Of a DNA stretch of 64,000 nucleotides, positions 14,414 to 26,100 are shown in pieces (the first letter of the stretch is position 1; every line of letters begins with the position of its first letter). Source of the stretch: Paraspadella gotoi (taxonomy: Eukaryota; Animalia; Chaetognatha); contig CM119270.1 of NCBI GenBank assembly GCA_051294375.1, forward strand, positions 3,343,436 to 3,407,435, given 5' to 3'. Both the position numbers and the translations under genes were made by a program. Under the pieces are notes generated by a model. It was not told the DNA's origin. It saw only the letters and a list, made by a program, of their open reading frames with translations, and made no database searches.

Positions 14414-17400
14414 GTTCCCCGGAACTCCTGGTCAAGCCTCGAAGTCTCCGACGAGGGCGTCGTCGACGAAGTCCACCCTGTCGACGACCGCCTCGCCAAA
14501 ATGACCATCTCCGAACGGCACAAGCAGCAGCTGCAGCAACTTCACCAAAAACCTACGCAGCAGCAATCGCCGCAGCAGGCCGAGTTCAAGAAGCGCGTCT
14601 CGGGCGAGGAGCCGCTTCCGCCGCCTCTCTCGGTGGCGGACAACTGGGGCGATCAAGGGATTCCCTTTAAGAAAAGAAGAGGATCGAGTCTTGAAGGAAT
14701 GGTGCGGACAACGCCGAGGCAAGAGATAATCGAAAGTGGAGGCGGAGTGTCCTCTTCCTCCTCTCTCGCCTATCGGTCACGAGATGACGCCGATTCTTTC
14801 GATTCCATCGACAATGACGCCGCCGCAGCAGCCGCCGCAGCAGCCTCCGCCGCCGCAGCAGCCTCCGCCGCCGCGGCAGCCGTCGCATCAGCCGACGCCG
14901 AACGCGCCTTCAAAAGTCGCGCCGGTGGGCGTGGCGGCGCGTCTCGTCCCCTCGTCAAGCAGGACAGTTTCGACGAAGAGATGGAAGAAGACGTGACGGA
15001 GGCATCGGCGGCGCTTCTCTCCATGAAGGATGCGGTCACGCGTGGCGGCGGAATGTACGTGGAACGTCGTCCGGAGGCGGAGGCGGTCTCTCGGCTGAAG
15101 ACGGCGTCGGAAGCGGAGGCTTTCGCTGGCCAGCAGCACCAGTTCGAGCACGTCGTCCCGTCGACGCGATCCGAAGCGGGCGGCGCGAGGGAGTTCCCGG
15201 CGAGACACGCTCAACCCCTCGCCCAAGCGGGTCGCGTTCCTTCTCATCGCGATCACATCTTCGGCGTCTGCCCTCCTCGTCTGCCGATGGTGTCGGAAGA
15301 GAGCCGCGGCGACGATCCCGCAGCCGCCCTTCAGCAACAGCAGCACGCCCACGGAGCCACGCCCATTCTCAAGCGAGCGCTGCAGCACGTTCGCCCGCCG
15401 CCGTTGGGCAGCCTCCCGAGCAGCGCCAGCAGCGGCTACGGCAGCATGACGCTGCCGCATTTCTCCAGCCAAGGCGAGGGCCATTCCGGTTTGACGAGAT
15501 GCGCGTCTTTCCGTCAGCCGGAAGTGGCGCTGGCGATGGAGATCGGCGGCGGTGGCGGCGGCGCGGAATCGTCGGCTTCTCATCCCCGCGTCGGATCATC
15601 GCCGACCGGCGCGCCGCGTCCGACTAAACAGCAGCAGCATCACGTCCTGCTCAAGCATAACGGCCGCAGCCTTTCGGCCGAGAGTCTCCTGTTGCCGATA
15701 GAGGGGGCTCCAAAGAGATCGTCCAGAGGAGACAGAGGCGACGCCGTCCACAACGCGGTCATCGACGCGTCCTTCGCCGCCATCGCCGGACGAGGGGATC
15801 TCCGTTCCGTCGCCGAAGGATCGTCCCGAATGCCTCGCCAAAGGTCTCACCCGATAATGCGGCTGCCGAGCGGCCATTCCGCCGCTAACAACAACAACAA
15901 CGGTCCTTCGGGCGCCGCGGAATCCGAGGTGCGACAAACGAAAGCCACCCCAAGCTTTCCTTGCCGATTTCGAAAGTGTTCGGAGTCGTTCTACTACTTG
16001 ACGGACACTTGGGAGCACGAGCGTCAAGATCACGACCTCAAGTGCGATCTCTGCCACGGAACCTTCCGCTATCATGAAGCGCTGTTCGATCACAAGAAAA
16101 AGGAGCACAACTGGACGCCGGCGTCGACGAGCGCTTTCGCGCCGGTCCTGGCCCTCGCCTCGGCGCCCTACGATCTCACGGCGAAGACGGCGGCCAGAGG
16201 GCGTGCCGCGGACGGCGAAGTCAAATCCCCTCCAATCGGAACAAGTCTTCAACATCATCGTCCACAGCAACATCAGCCGCCAGAGATTCCCGCTCATCAT
16301 CATCATCTGCCGTCGATCGCCTCGCGCCCGAGGTCTCCGCCCGCTTACAGGATGGGGTTGCCGATGGAGATCGAGAGGCAGCAACAACAACAACAGCAGC
16401 TGCTGCTGCAACAACATCATCAACAGCACGAGGCGCTCAATTTGAAGACGAGCGTTTCCCCCAAATTTAGTCGCCATGACGACAAGCCGGGCCCCGCCCC
16501 TTACGGCTCGCCCCTTTCGGTCCAGATTCCATCGCGGGCCGTCTACCCCATGAAGAGAGTCCAATCAAAGCCGGAGAATGTTCCGACACCCCAGCAGCCG
16601 GCCGAGGAACCCGGCGGCAGCCATCGCTTCTCCAGCATCGACACCATTATCGATCAGCTCAACGACATCACCTGCAATCGATGCGGCATGGCCTTTCGCT
16701 ACATGACCGACCTGCAGGAACACGTGACCCAGGTTCACACCTTTTCGGGTCACATGCCCGTCTCGCTCAAGCAGGCCGTCCTCACCTCCTCGCTGGTCAA
16801 AGACAATCCCTCCTACCGCAAAGAGAGAATGAAATGGCGCATCCAAGGTCCGAACAAAAACTCCGACGCTCAACAGCAACCGGCAGTTCAACAGCAACAA
16901 CAACCCCATCATCTTCACCTTCAAGAGTCGATCTCTTCGTCATCCTCGTCGCCCTCGACCGATCCGGCCGCCGGGGCTCATCTCAGCCCTCGCGGCGAAC
17001 CCCATTCCCCTTCGAACTTGAGCCCGTCGCAGGCCGGGCCGCCCGCGGGTCAGCCTCCCGTGCTGGCCACTCTGAGCCCCGTGCCGAGCGCGAGCCCGCT
17101 GCCCTCGCCCCCGTCGACTTCGGGGAATCCCTCTACGGGCGTTGTACATACGAGCCATCCCTTCGGTCTCGGTCCGCTGCCCCATTCCGCCGTCCGCGTT
17201 TCACCTTATTCCTCCTCGGCCGATTCCTCCGCCTCTCCCTCTTCGGTGTCGTCTCCTCCTCCTCCTCCTCTATCACGTGACCTCCACTCCGCCGTGCCTA
17301 GCAGTAGTTCTCCCGCTCATCCTCCTCTCTCTCCTCCTCCTCCTCTTCCTCCTAAGACTTCCTCCTTCGCCTTCTCCCCCTCTCGTTCCTCTTCCTCCTC

Positions 17401-17527
17401 CGCCTCCTCCACGGATCCGCCTTCTAGCGGCGGCGCCCCGCCGGCGACGCCAGGCGGCGACGCCGGCGTAGAAGCGATGGAAGCGAACGACGCCGACGAA
17501 AACGGCGCCGAGGCGTCGAGTGCCTGA
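14414..17527 (+). CDS. Large terminal exon of the BTB-zinc finger gene: three C2H2 fingers in long low-complexity (poly-A/Q/S/P) sequence
   Basis: Uninterrupted >1000-codon frame after a polypyrimidine/AAG acceptor at 14413. Fingers CRFRKC..HERQDH (~15956-16033), CDLC..HKKKEH (~16037-16109), CNRC..HVTQVH (~16667-16738). Confidence 0.9.
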   Translation, partial: VPRNSWSSLEVSDEGVVDEVHPVDDRLAKMTISERHKQQLQQLHQKPTQQQSPQQAEFKKRVSGEEPLPPPLSVADNWGDQGIPFKKRRGSSLEGMVRTTPRQEIIESGGGVSSSSSLAYRSRDDADSFDSIDNDAAAAAAAAASAAAAASAAAAAVASADAERAFKSRAGGRGGASRPLVKQDSFDEEMEEDVTEASAALLSMKDAVTRGGGMYVERRPEAEAVSRLKTASEAEAFAGQQHQFEHVVPSTRSEAGGAREFPARHAQPLAQAGRVPSHRDHIFGVCPPRLPMVSEESRGDDPAAALQQQQHAHGATPILKRALQHVRPPPLGSLPSSASSGYGSMTLPHFSSQGEGHSGLTRCASFRQPEVALAMEIGGGGGGAESSASHPRVGSSPTGAPRPTKQQQHHVLLKHNGRSLSAESLLLPIEGAPKRSSRGDRGDAVHNAVIDASFAAIAGRGDLRSVAEGSSRMPRQRSHPIMRLPSGHSAANNNNNGPSGAAESEVRQTKATPSFPCRFRKCSESFYYLTDTWEHERQDHDLKCDLCHGTFRYHEALFDHKKKEHNWTPASTSAFAPVLALASAPYDLTAKTAARGRAADGEVKSPPIGTSLQHHRPQQHQPPEIPAHHHHLPSIASRPRSPPAYRMGLPMEIERQQQQQQQLLLQQHHQQHEALNLKTSVSPKFSRHDDKPGPAPYGSPLSVQIPSRAVYPMKRVQSKPENVPTPQQPAEEPGGSHRFSSIDTIIDQLNDITCNRCGMAFRYMTDLQEHVTQVHTFSGHMPVSLKQAVLTSSLVKDNPSYRKERMKWRIQGPNKNSDAQQQPAVQQQQQPHHLHLQESISSSSSSPSTDPAAGAHLSPRGEPHSPSNLSPSQAGPPAGQPPVLATLSPVPSASPLPSPPSTSGNPSTGVVHTSHPFGLGPLPHSAVRVSPYSSSADSSASPSSVSSPPPPPLSRDLHSAVPSSSSPAHPPLSPPPPLPPKTSSFAFSPSRSSSSSASSTDPPSSGGAPPATPGGDAGVEAMEANDADENGAEASSA

Positions 17528-18260
17528 AGAGCGTTATGGGGGGGCGGTGGTACGTTGGAGGTGGACGGAGATCTTGAAGGAACTTGGTTTGCAAAAATAT
17601 TTTTAAACAAATTTTTTTTTGATGGAAAAACTTTTACAAAAATTAATGATGAGAATAATTAATTGAAATGAATCTCTGAAAAAAAAAAATCTTAAAAATT
17701 TCTGATTAGAATAATAAATTTTATCGAACTTTAGGCTTAGAAACTATATATTTTTTTCCATAATTTTAAATTTAGCTATGTTTGCCGATCGATCGGTTTT
17801 CAATCGTTTCGCACGGTCTAGTACGAGAGGGTGTGACGCAGATGGGGGACAGAGTCAATCGCGAGTCATTCCGACTCCGTCTCTCGATCCTCGAGATGGG
17901 GATAAAACAAAACAAAACAAAACACAACAAAACAAAAAACAAAAACAAAACAAAAACACAAAAAACCACACAACCGCGTTTCACAGTCTTGAAAAAAACA
18001 AAAGACAATCTACGCGCTTTTTTTATTTTTTTTTCTCGTTTTTTTTTCTCTCTGTGTTAAATTTACAAAAATTTAAAAAGTTCGCTTTCCATCGACGTTC
18101 GGTGCTGATAAACATTAAAAAGTTAATTATGACGGTTTTTTTTTTAAATTTTATTAATAAAAAGGTTTTTGTGCCTTCAAAATGCCGGAGGTCGATTTGG
18201 AACGCGCCATCAATTGTCTCTCTCTTCCCCCGATGCCTACACAGTTGATTCTTTAGTTTC

Positions 18261-18303
<43 letters not shown>

Positions 18304-18980
18304 TCTCACTTTTTCTCGTGGTAAACTCATTCGATGTCGCGAAAGTTAGAAAACTTTTATTGTTGTTGCGTTTGTTCATTTCAATTTTCTAACAAAAGAG
18401 AATCATTTCCTCTCCTCTCTCTATCTCTCACACTCTATCTCTCTCCCTCCGTCTCTCTCTTTATCTCTCTTTTTTTTTTCGATCCCTTGATCAAACGCTT
18501 ATGTTTCACAAAGATCTTATTTATTGACAATCTTTTTACAAAAACAAAAAATAGTTCATATCGTTTGTTGCGGATCTAGACTCCAGTGGCCTTGTGACGA
18601 ATCCGAAACTCACTCAATTCTCATCACTCGCTCTCTCTCTCTCGCTCTCCCTCTCTCTCCTCTTTTTCCTCTTTTTTGTTTCACTCTCCCATCTTTCTTC
18701 CTGCTCTCACCTTCTCACCCTTTATTCAGAAACGATTGAAGCTAAAATTTTTTTCTCTCTGTCTCTCTTTCCCTAGCTCCCCCACTCTTTCATTGCCTAA
18801 ACGAAATTAACTGAATTAACACAGATTTTTCTCTAGTTCTCTCTCTCTCACTCCTTCCCTCCCTCTCTCTCTCTCTCTCTCTCTCCCTCTCCCTCTCTCT
18901 CGCTCTCTGTCCTCGTTTCCTCCAATTGAGCACTTAACGACTCCTCTCCAACCTGCTTTTCTCTCATTAGGAATTAGCAA

Positions 18981-19066
<86 letters not shown>

Positions 19067-20609
19067 TTGTCCCCCCTTCAGCCGGCTAGTCATGTTCTTC
19101 GAACTCAGTATTAACAATAGAATCTTTTTTTTGAACAAAATCATCCAGATTTCGTTGTTGCCAAATTTTCTGATTCTACTTTTCTTTTTTTTTTCTGTTG
19201 AAAAATTGTCCTTCCGTCGATTCGCTTAGTCGTAGTTGAATTATATGTCGAAAGTATCTATTGTCACGTTTTGTTAATTTTTATTTCTTGTCAAGGACGA
19301 CTAGGAAAAGTTTAGATAGATTACTTATTACTTGCCGTGGCAGAATTTATAGCAAAGCAATCGGATTACTTTATTTAAAATCTGACACTGAATAAAGTTT
19401 ATATAATATAAAGACTAAAAAGTCTACAGGCGTGCATGGACGCTATTTTCTGATGTTTCACAAGAAGTTTAATCAGACTTTCAGAAGTAATAAGCCGGTT
19501 AAACTAGTAAGTTGAATATGGTATTATACTACAGTCCAAAAGCGCAATGAATGTCCGACCAAGAAAACCAAAACTATCTTTGTAAAAAAACTAACTGACG
19601 TTCTATCGTAAAGAATTGTAACGACAAAGGATTTTATTTCTTACAGGGCGAGTGTAAGGGATTGTGGTTCTATTCAAAAAAAATTTACAGCACGTCGTAT
19701 CGGTTTTTCAAATTCCGGGTTAAAATCAAATAAAATCTATGGCGGTAGAGACACAAATTGGATTCCGTAACAAATAGACAACTCTGATTTCTTTTTTTTA
19801 AAATGCACCCAAAAAAAAAGAAAAAAATATTAAACGAATTAAAACATAAAATCAAGGGACAACAAGATTTCGTTTCTAGTTTTGTTTTGTTTTTTTATTA
19901 ATTTTTCGGTGAAAAACGGAAAAGCATCAAAAAACTGTATTTACTTCTTTGTTTTTTATACATAACTGACAGATTAGTGGGTCTGCACTTATTATCACTT
20001 TGTCGCAATAGTACTTTTTATGAGAGACTTTTTTCAAAAAAAAAAAAAAAGTAAACTTCACATTTAAGTTAAAAACTTAAAAAAAAGTTAAAATAAAACC
20101 GTAGAATCGTGTCACCCACTAGAAAACGTCGCTCACAATCACAATCATGTTCAAATTTAACCAGTGAAACGAAACTAAATTCGATTATTATCTGGAACGG
20201 CTAAGAAATTCTCCTATCGCGTGTCGTGATCATTTCGTGATGACGTCATCAATTGTCTTTTAAGTTTTAGACGACGTCATTTCATCTCATTTGACGTCAA
20301 AAGGAGACGTCAAAGGTTCGTGCGACTTTTCGTTGCGAGGATCGCACCGACGATGGCGCTCGTCTCGGCGAACGCACGACGGCGTCGGCGGCGAAAGGCA
20401 TCTGGAGAAAGAAAGAATTTGCAGATGCTTACTTTTTTTATGTGTATTTAAAATGACAAGTACTTGAGGCGACTTACGACCGGTCTCTGGCACTATTTTC
20501 CGAAAGCGTTCCATTTATGTTTCTAATACTTGAATTGAATTTTAATCTAAATATTTGATCTTAATCCTTTAACAAATATTCAATCCATTTCATAACCTTA
20601 ATCCTTAAC

Positions 20610-20865
20610 TTTTATATTTAACCATAATCTTTATCCATAACCTTAATCTTAAACCATAACCCAATAATCTTTATCCATAACCTTAATCTTAAACCTTAAC
20701 CCTATAATCTTTATCCATAATCTTAATCTTAAACCTTAACCCTATAATCTCTATACATAACCTTAATCTTAAACCTTAACCCTATGATCTTTATCCATAA
20801 CCTTAATCTTAAACCTTAACCCTATAATCTCTATCCATAATCTTAATCTTAAACCTTAACCCTAT
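20610..20865. repeat. 40-bp tandem repeat (CCTTAATCTTAAACCTTAACCCTATAATCTTTATCCATAA), about 6 copies
   Basis: Units start at 20641, 20681, 20721, 20761, 20801 and 20841. Confidence 0.9.
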
Positions 20866-21177
20866 TCCTTAACAAAATGTTTAACCGAATCCCTGATCCT
20901 TCCCCTAACCTTTATCCCTAACCTCTTAACCTTTAAATCTTGATTTAATTCTGAATTCAATCAAAGGAGCCTCACGCTCTACGCAGAAAATATGACCATT
21001 GGGCAATTTACCTTTTGTCACACGGATTCGATACAAGTCCGGACATCTTTTCGGTCACGTCGGACGCAAGCGCCAAACCTTTTCGTCAACTACCAAATAT
21101 TCATTTAACATTTTCAATTTATTCATTTTTTTTAAAACTTATTAATTTTTAATTTCGAGGTTTTCGAGCGGGACACG

Positions 21178-21230
<53 letters not shown>

Positions 21231-22184
21231 TAGCACATTTATTGTCGTCGTAATTTATCAATTTTTTTTTATTATCCTTTGGCGGTGACGTGGTTCCAAT
21301 AATAGCGGGATACAAACAAAAACAAACAAACAAACAGAAAAACAGTATTTTTTTTCAATCTTCAGTATAGAAGGTTGGACGAAATAGTTTTCTTTATAAT
21401 AATTTTTTTTTTCTACAACATAGCACATAAATTATGTGTGATCGAGAGAGAGAAAGAGAGGTTGTTGTTGTTGTTGTAGTCGTTGTCGGATAAGTCGTCG
21501 TCGTCGTCGTCGTCGTCGTCGTTGTGGTTTTTATTTTTTCGCGATGGACAGTAGAGCGGAGAGAGAAGCATAAAATATTTTTAACATTTATCCAATTCTT
21601 TTCTTCCAACGCCTTTTGTTTTGTTTTTTAGTTTTGTTACTTAACAGGAGATGTCACTCTTTATGCGTCTTAACTTTAAACAAAAGACGGAGAAGTCACG
21701 AACGAATTTGGAAGAAAAGTCGATGTGAAATTTTTCTTTTAGCCGTGATTAATGTTGTTTTTTTAAATTTATATTTTAACGTTTTGAAGAAGAAACGAGA
21801 TATGCATCTTTCGAAATAAATGGTGGGCGAAACAGCGTCGATCATGTTTTTAGCGGCGAACGGGAGTAGTATTTTTGGTTTTGAACGTGAGTTCATTTAA
21901 TTATTTTTTCACGCGGTTTTTTTTTTTTAAATATTCTCTCCTTTTTAAATTCGAGTCACATGTTTTTTTCAAGGTCATCGTAGTTGTCGTCGTCGTCTCG
22001 GTCGTCGTTGTTCTGTCAAAAGACGTGGTAATATTTTCTAAAGCTAAAAGAGGGAGCAGCGGAGAATTTTTTTTTTTTAAGTCACAGAAGAAGAGAAACT
22101 TTTTTTGACGATGGAGTTTTCATTTTAAATTGGGGGGAGCAGCATTGGAGGGAAAAGAAGCAGAAGAAAAAAGAAGAAGAAGAA

Positions 22185-22250
<66 letters not shown>

Positions 22251-23204
22251 GGTGGGGTGGGGAGGGGAGGAAGAGGGCGCATTGAAAGTCGACGCATTTC
22301 GTTACAATTTAAAAAAAAAAAGATAAATTAATTGTAAAATAAATTGTATGGACTAGTGGCGTTTTGAGAAATAGAAACTAGTGGAGGCTGCTGGGAAAAA
22401 AAGGGGGCGCTAGTGTATGTGAAAGAGAGAGGGATAGTCAAAAGAGAGAGAGAGAGGAAGAGGGAGAAGAGAAACATTTTCGTGTGAAAGAAAAGACTGG
22501 ACAAATACTAATCACAATTTATGGACTGTAAAAAAAATAATTAAAATCTGTTGTTTTAGCCTAATGGAAAAATTAAGAAAACTAATAAAAAGTATGTATT
22601 CGTGTTGGAGGGGCAGGTAGGTGGGAGAGAGAGAGAGAGGGAAAGAGAGAGAGAGAGAGCGAGAGAGAGGGAAAGAGAGAGAGAGAGAGAAAGTGTGAGA
22701 AAGGGAAGATAGAAAGACAAAGACGGACAAAACACATAAAGGCCGTTGTTTTTTTTTTTATTTCAATTCATTTCATTTTTTTTATCCATGCGAGCAAAAA
22801 AAAAAGTTTGACAACTGCACTTTTGTCTCAAATTATTTTTTTTTTTGTGTTTATATTTTCGTCGCGGGCGAAATGTTTTTTTCAAACTCCCTCTACAGTT
22901 TTTTTGTATATTTCTATTTTTAGCACAGTGATTCGTAGCGACGTTTTTAATCGTTTCATTTTAGCACAGGGTTTTTTTTATTTTCTTTCTGGATGGTATC
23001 TTTTTTTTTTTGCTCAAACGCCCCCTGGCGAACGGAATCGACGTTGAATGATAGAGACGCCATCTCGTTATTAGGAAGCGAATTTAAATCGATCCGTTTT
23101 TGCTTCGCCGGTCGCGGAATTTTGAGGGGGGGGGTGGAAGATGGAGGGGCGTGGACAAAGGGGGTTGGCGTCTTGGTCGGCGGGTGGGGTGTTGAATGGC
23201 GGGT

Positions 23205-23265
<61 letters not shown>

Positions 23266-23853
23266 TGGGAAATTAAAAATCTTCTTTTGATCTTCGAAGA
23301 AAAATAGTATTTTTGTTTCTATTTTTATTTTTATTTTTTATTCTTTCGTTTTCTTTTTTCAAATTTAGAGAGACGAGGAAAAAGAGAGAGAGAGAGACGT
23401 CGAGTCGTTTTCAGAGAGGGAGAGAGAAAGATAACGCAATTTAATCGCTAGCAACAGAAAACTGCGCAATTATTTTGTTCGACAATTTTCTATTTCTTTT
23501 TCCAAAAAATATTCGAAGAGTAAAAATGATAGAAGAAATTCCCAGCTGACCAAAGAAAAAAAAAGAAAAAAAAAAGAAAAAAGAAAAAAAAAGAAAAAAA
23601 AGAAAAAAAAGAAACACCTTCGCACTCATTTGTTTTGTTTTTTCAGTCTTTTGGCGATTCTTTTTTGTTTTGTTTTTTTCGTCGTAGTTTTTTTTGTTGT
23701 CGTTTTCTTTTTGTTTATCTTCGTATTCCTCGTCTCTTCCTCTTTTCCTCCTTCGACTCCCTCTCATTCTCTCTCTCTCTCTCTCTCTTCTCTCTGCTCT
23801 CTCTCCCCACCGTCGCCGCGAATCCAATTTGTTTTCCTTTCTCCTTTTTTTTT

Positions 23854-24192
23854 TCAAGCGCTGCCGTTCATGAAGGAGTTTTGCTTGTTCTTGTTGTTGG
23901 CCACTTGCATTTGCTCCAATCGACGCCAAAGCTCCTCTCGCTCCTTCTCCTTCTTCTTCTCCTTCTGCCGCTCGGGCTTGTAGTTGCTGGTGAGCTCGTC
24001 GAAGAGTTTCCCGTTCATCTCCATGAAGGACTTGAGGACGTTGTAGACGAGGGCGACGATCGTCTGGTTCCAATGCTCCTTCGAGATGCGATACAGAGGA
24101 GCGAACATGATCGGCATCACCACCGCAGAATTCTCCTCGATCAGGGACATGATGTACTCGTTGTTCCAAAAGTAGAGGGCGCGCTCAGCCAC
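23854..24192 (-). CDS. PPP2R5: PP2A B56 regulatory subunit, last coding exon
   Basis: CCAG|GTG acceptor; [21 protein letters not shown]...[24 protein letters not shown]...EREELW is diagnostic of B56; TGA at 23854-23856. Confidence 0.95.
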   Translation of the reverse strand: MAERALYFWNNEYIMSLIEENSAVVMPIMFAPLYRISKEHWNQTIVALVYNVLKSFMEMNGKLFDELTSNYKPERQKEKKKEKEREELWRRLEQMQVANNKNKQNSFMNGSA

Positions 24193-24568
24193 CTGGCGGG
24201 GTTTGGGGGGGGGGAGGGTGGCGGAAGGAAGATTGCGTGGAACGCAGGGGAGGAAAAAGAGAAAAGTTCATTTTTGATATTACATTTTCAATTATAGGGG
24301 TCATTTTTTGTAGAATCGAAACATTCTTTGAAATATTAGACCAGGTGTGTATGGGAGTGAATAAAGTCGGCTGTGAGAGAGTATTGACTGAAGGCTTGCA
24401 AAGGCCTGCTAAGCTATTATCATGGACTGGCACGGACTCCAATGGGGCGCGTACCCAGAGAAGAGAAAATTCTGGGTGATGGCTTCAGGCGGGTGGGATT
24501 AGTTCCCACTGGTTTCGCGTTTTTGAATGTAGTCCAAGTAGTAAACCACTTCAATCAGAAAAGAAAGA

Positions 24569-24890
24569 AACAAGAGCGGTAATTCCAATGTGTTGTGCCG
24601 CAGTGACACAGTGATCACATCATATGACTTGATATGACATGACATGACTAAAAAAAAACTTTATTTATTTATGACATGCACCGCTTCAAAATTCCGTCTT
24701 TTATTCTTTATAGTTTTAGGAATTCTTGAAGGTGGCGCTAGCAGTCCCTTAGATTTGAGGTTTTTTCTGTCTTAACAAATGAGCTATCAGCATATTATAT
24801 GCATTTTTAACGTAAGTGGGACGGACCGACAGACCGACCGAAAAGTGACTTATATAGTCGCTCCGCGAGTACTCGCGGCGCAACTTAAAA
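24569..24890. mobile_element. Non-autonomous Helentron/HINE (DINE-1-like) candidate
   Basis: Begins AACAAG, contains a GACGGACCGACAGACCGAC microsatellite-like block and a perfect 16-bp palindrome CCGCGAGTACTCGCGG (24863-24878) near the end. A related copy lies at 62218-62342. Confidence 0.5.
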
Positions 24891-25206
24891 TTCTAAAGGT
24901 AGTACGTTGGTTCAATTTGGGCGGGAAATCTGAGTTAATCGACCATCAGCCTCTCTCCCTCGATAGAACGACCATACAGTAAGGTGGGGAAGGGAGAGGA
25001 AGCGTCGAAGGTTAGAGATCCTCCCGAAATCTCTCACTTCTCTTTCCCGCGGTTAATGTAAAAGATAGATTCTTAGAACAATATATGATTTATATTATAT
25101 ATAATAATATATAATTCATAACCTGAGTCCCACTCCTACATTAACATTCTTCTGGTCTCTCTATCTTAAAGGACATTTACTCTGGGAAGTGGGAATGAAC
25201 TGCGTC

Positions 25207-25264
25207 GGCCAAGGGCCAAGGGCCAAGGGCCAAGGGCCAAGGGCCAAGGGCCAAGGGCCAAGGG
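25207..25264. repeat. (GGCCAAG)n heptamer tandem repeat, about 8 copies
   Basis: Directly visible. Confidence 0.9.
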
Positions 25265-26051
25265 GGATATTAAAAAAGGAGGAGGGGGGGAGAGAGGGGG
25301 GAGGGAAGTATGTAGGGATGAGGAAATAATTGAAGGGAGAGAATTTAATGGAATTTATTCGATGGAAGATTTGGAACGAAGATTCGTGATAGGATTTACT
25401 TCTTAGGAAATTTAAAATTTACTGATACAACGGCGGGGAATGAACCGGTATATTCATCTAATAGATCAAAATGGTTTGATTAATTTGGATTTTCCGTCAA
25501 CGAAACTCCTCCTGTTTACTCAGTAATAAACCACTACTACAGCTAAAACAATGACGCCGAGAAACCACGTTAACGATCTGAAAGAATGGATCGAAAATAT
25601 CCGCTTTATGCGGAAAAACCACAATGGAAATTTGAAACTTTACAAAATGCTGAATAATAAAAGCGGTTAGGGATTGAGTGAAGAATATGCTTAAATTATG
25701 AGGATTTTATATTTGGGATTAGAAAAAGAAACGAGACGCTCTCGTAAAATAGAGCCGCCGATTCTGGACGAGAGTCGGAATTCCGGGTAGCTGAGGGCGG
25801 ATGCGACTCCGCAGAATATTTAATGAGGACGAGGTTGAAGATTGGTAAGTTCGAGGGGTAAGTTAAGGGGAAAATCGAAGGGTGCAAAAGAGGGGTTCAA
25901 AGGTGAAAGCTCTCTTCTTATTCTTGGTCGTAGTCTTCGTCGTCGTCGTCGTCGTCGTCGCGCAATCGTCCTCCCTGAGGGAACTGGTTGCACAACACTT
26001 CCCGAAACACTTTATCAACGAAGACGGAGACAAATGAGAAAGGAAGAGTCG

Positions 26052-26100
<49 letters not shown>

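Noticed and set aside
14432-17610. Antisense and alternate-frame ORFs up to 322 aa
   Set aside because: Shadow ORFs of the GC-rich coding exon.
21181-21226. Poly-T run as a retrocopy poly(A) tail
   Set aside because: No adjacent processed-gene or SINE body or target-site duplication recognised; homopolymers are common here.
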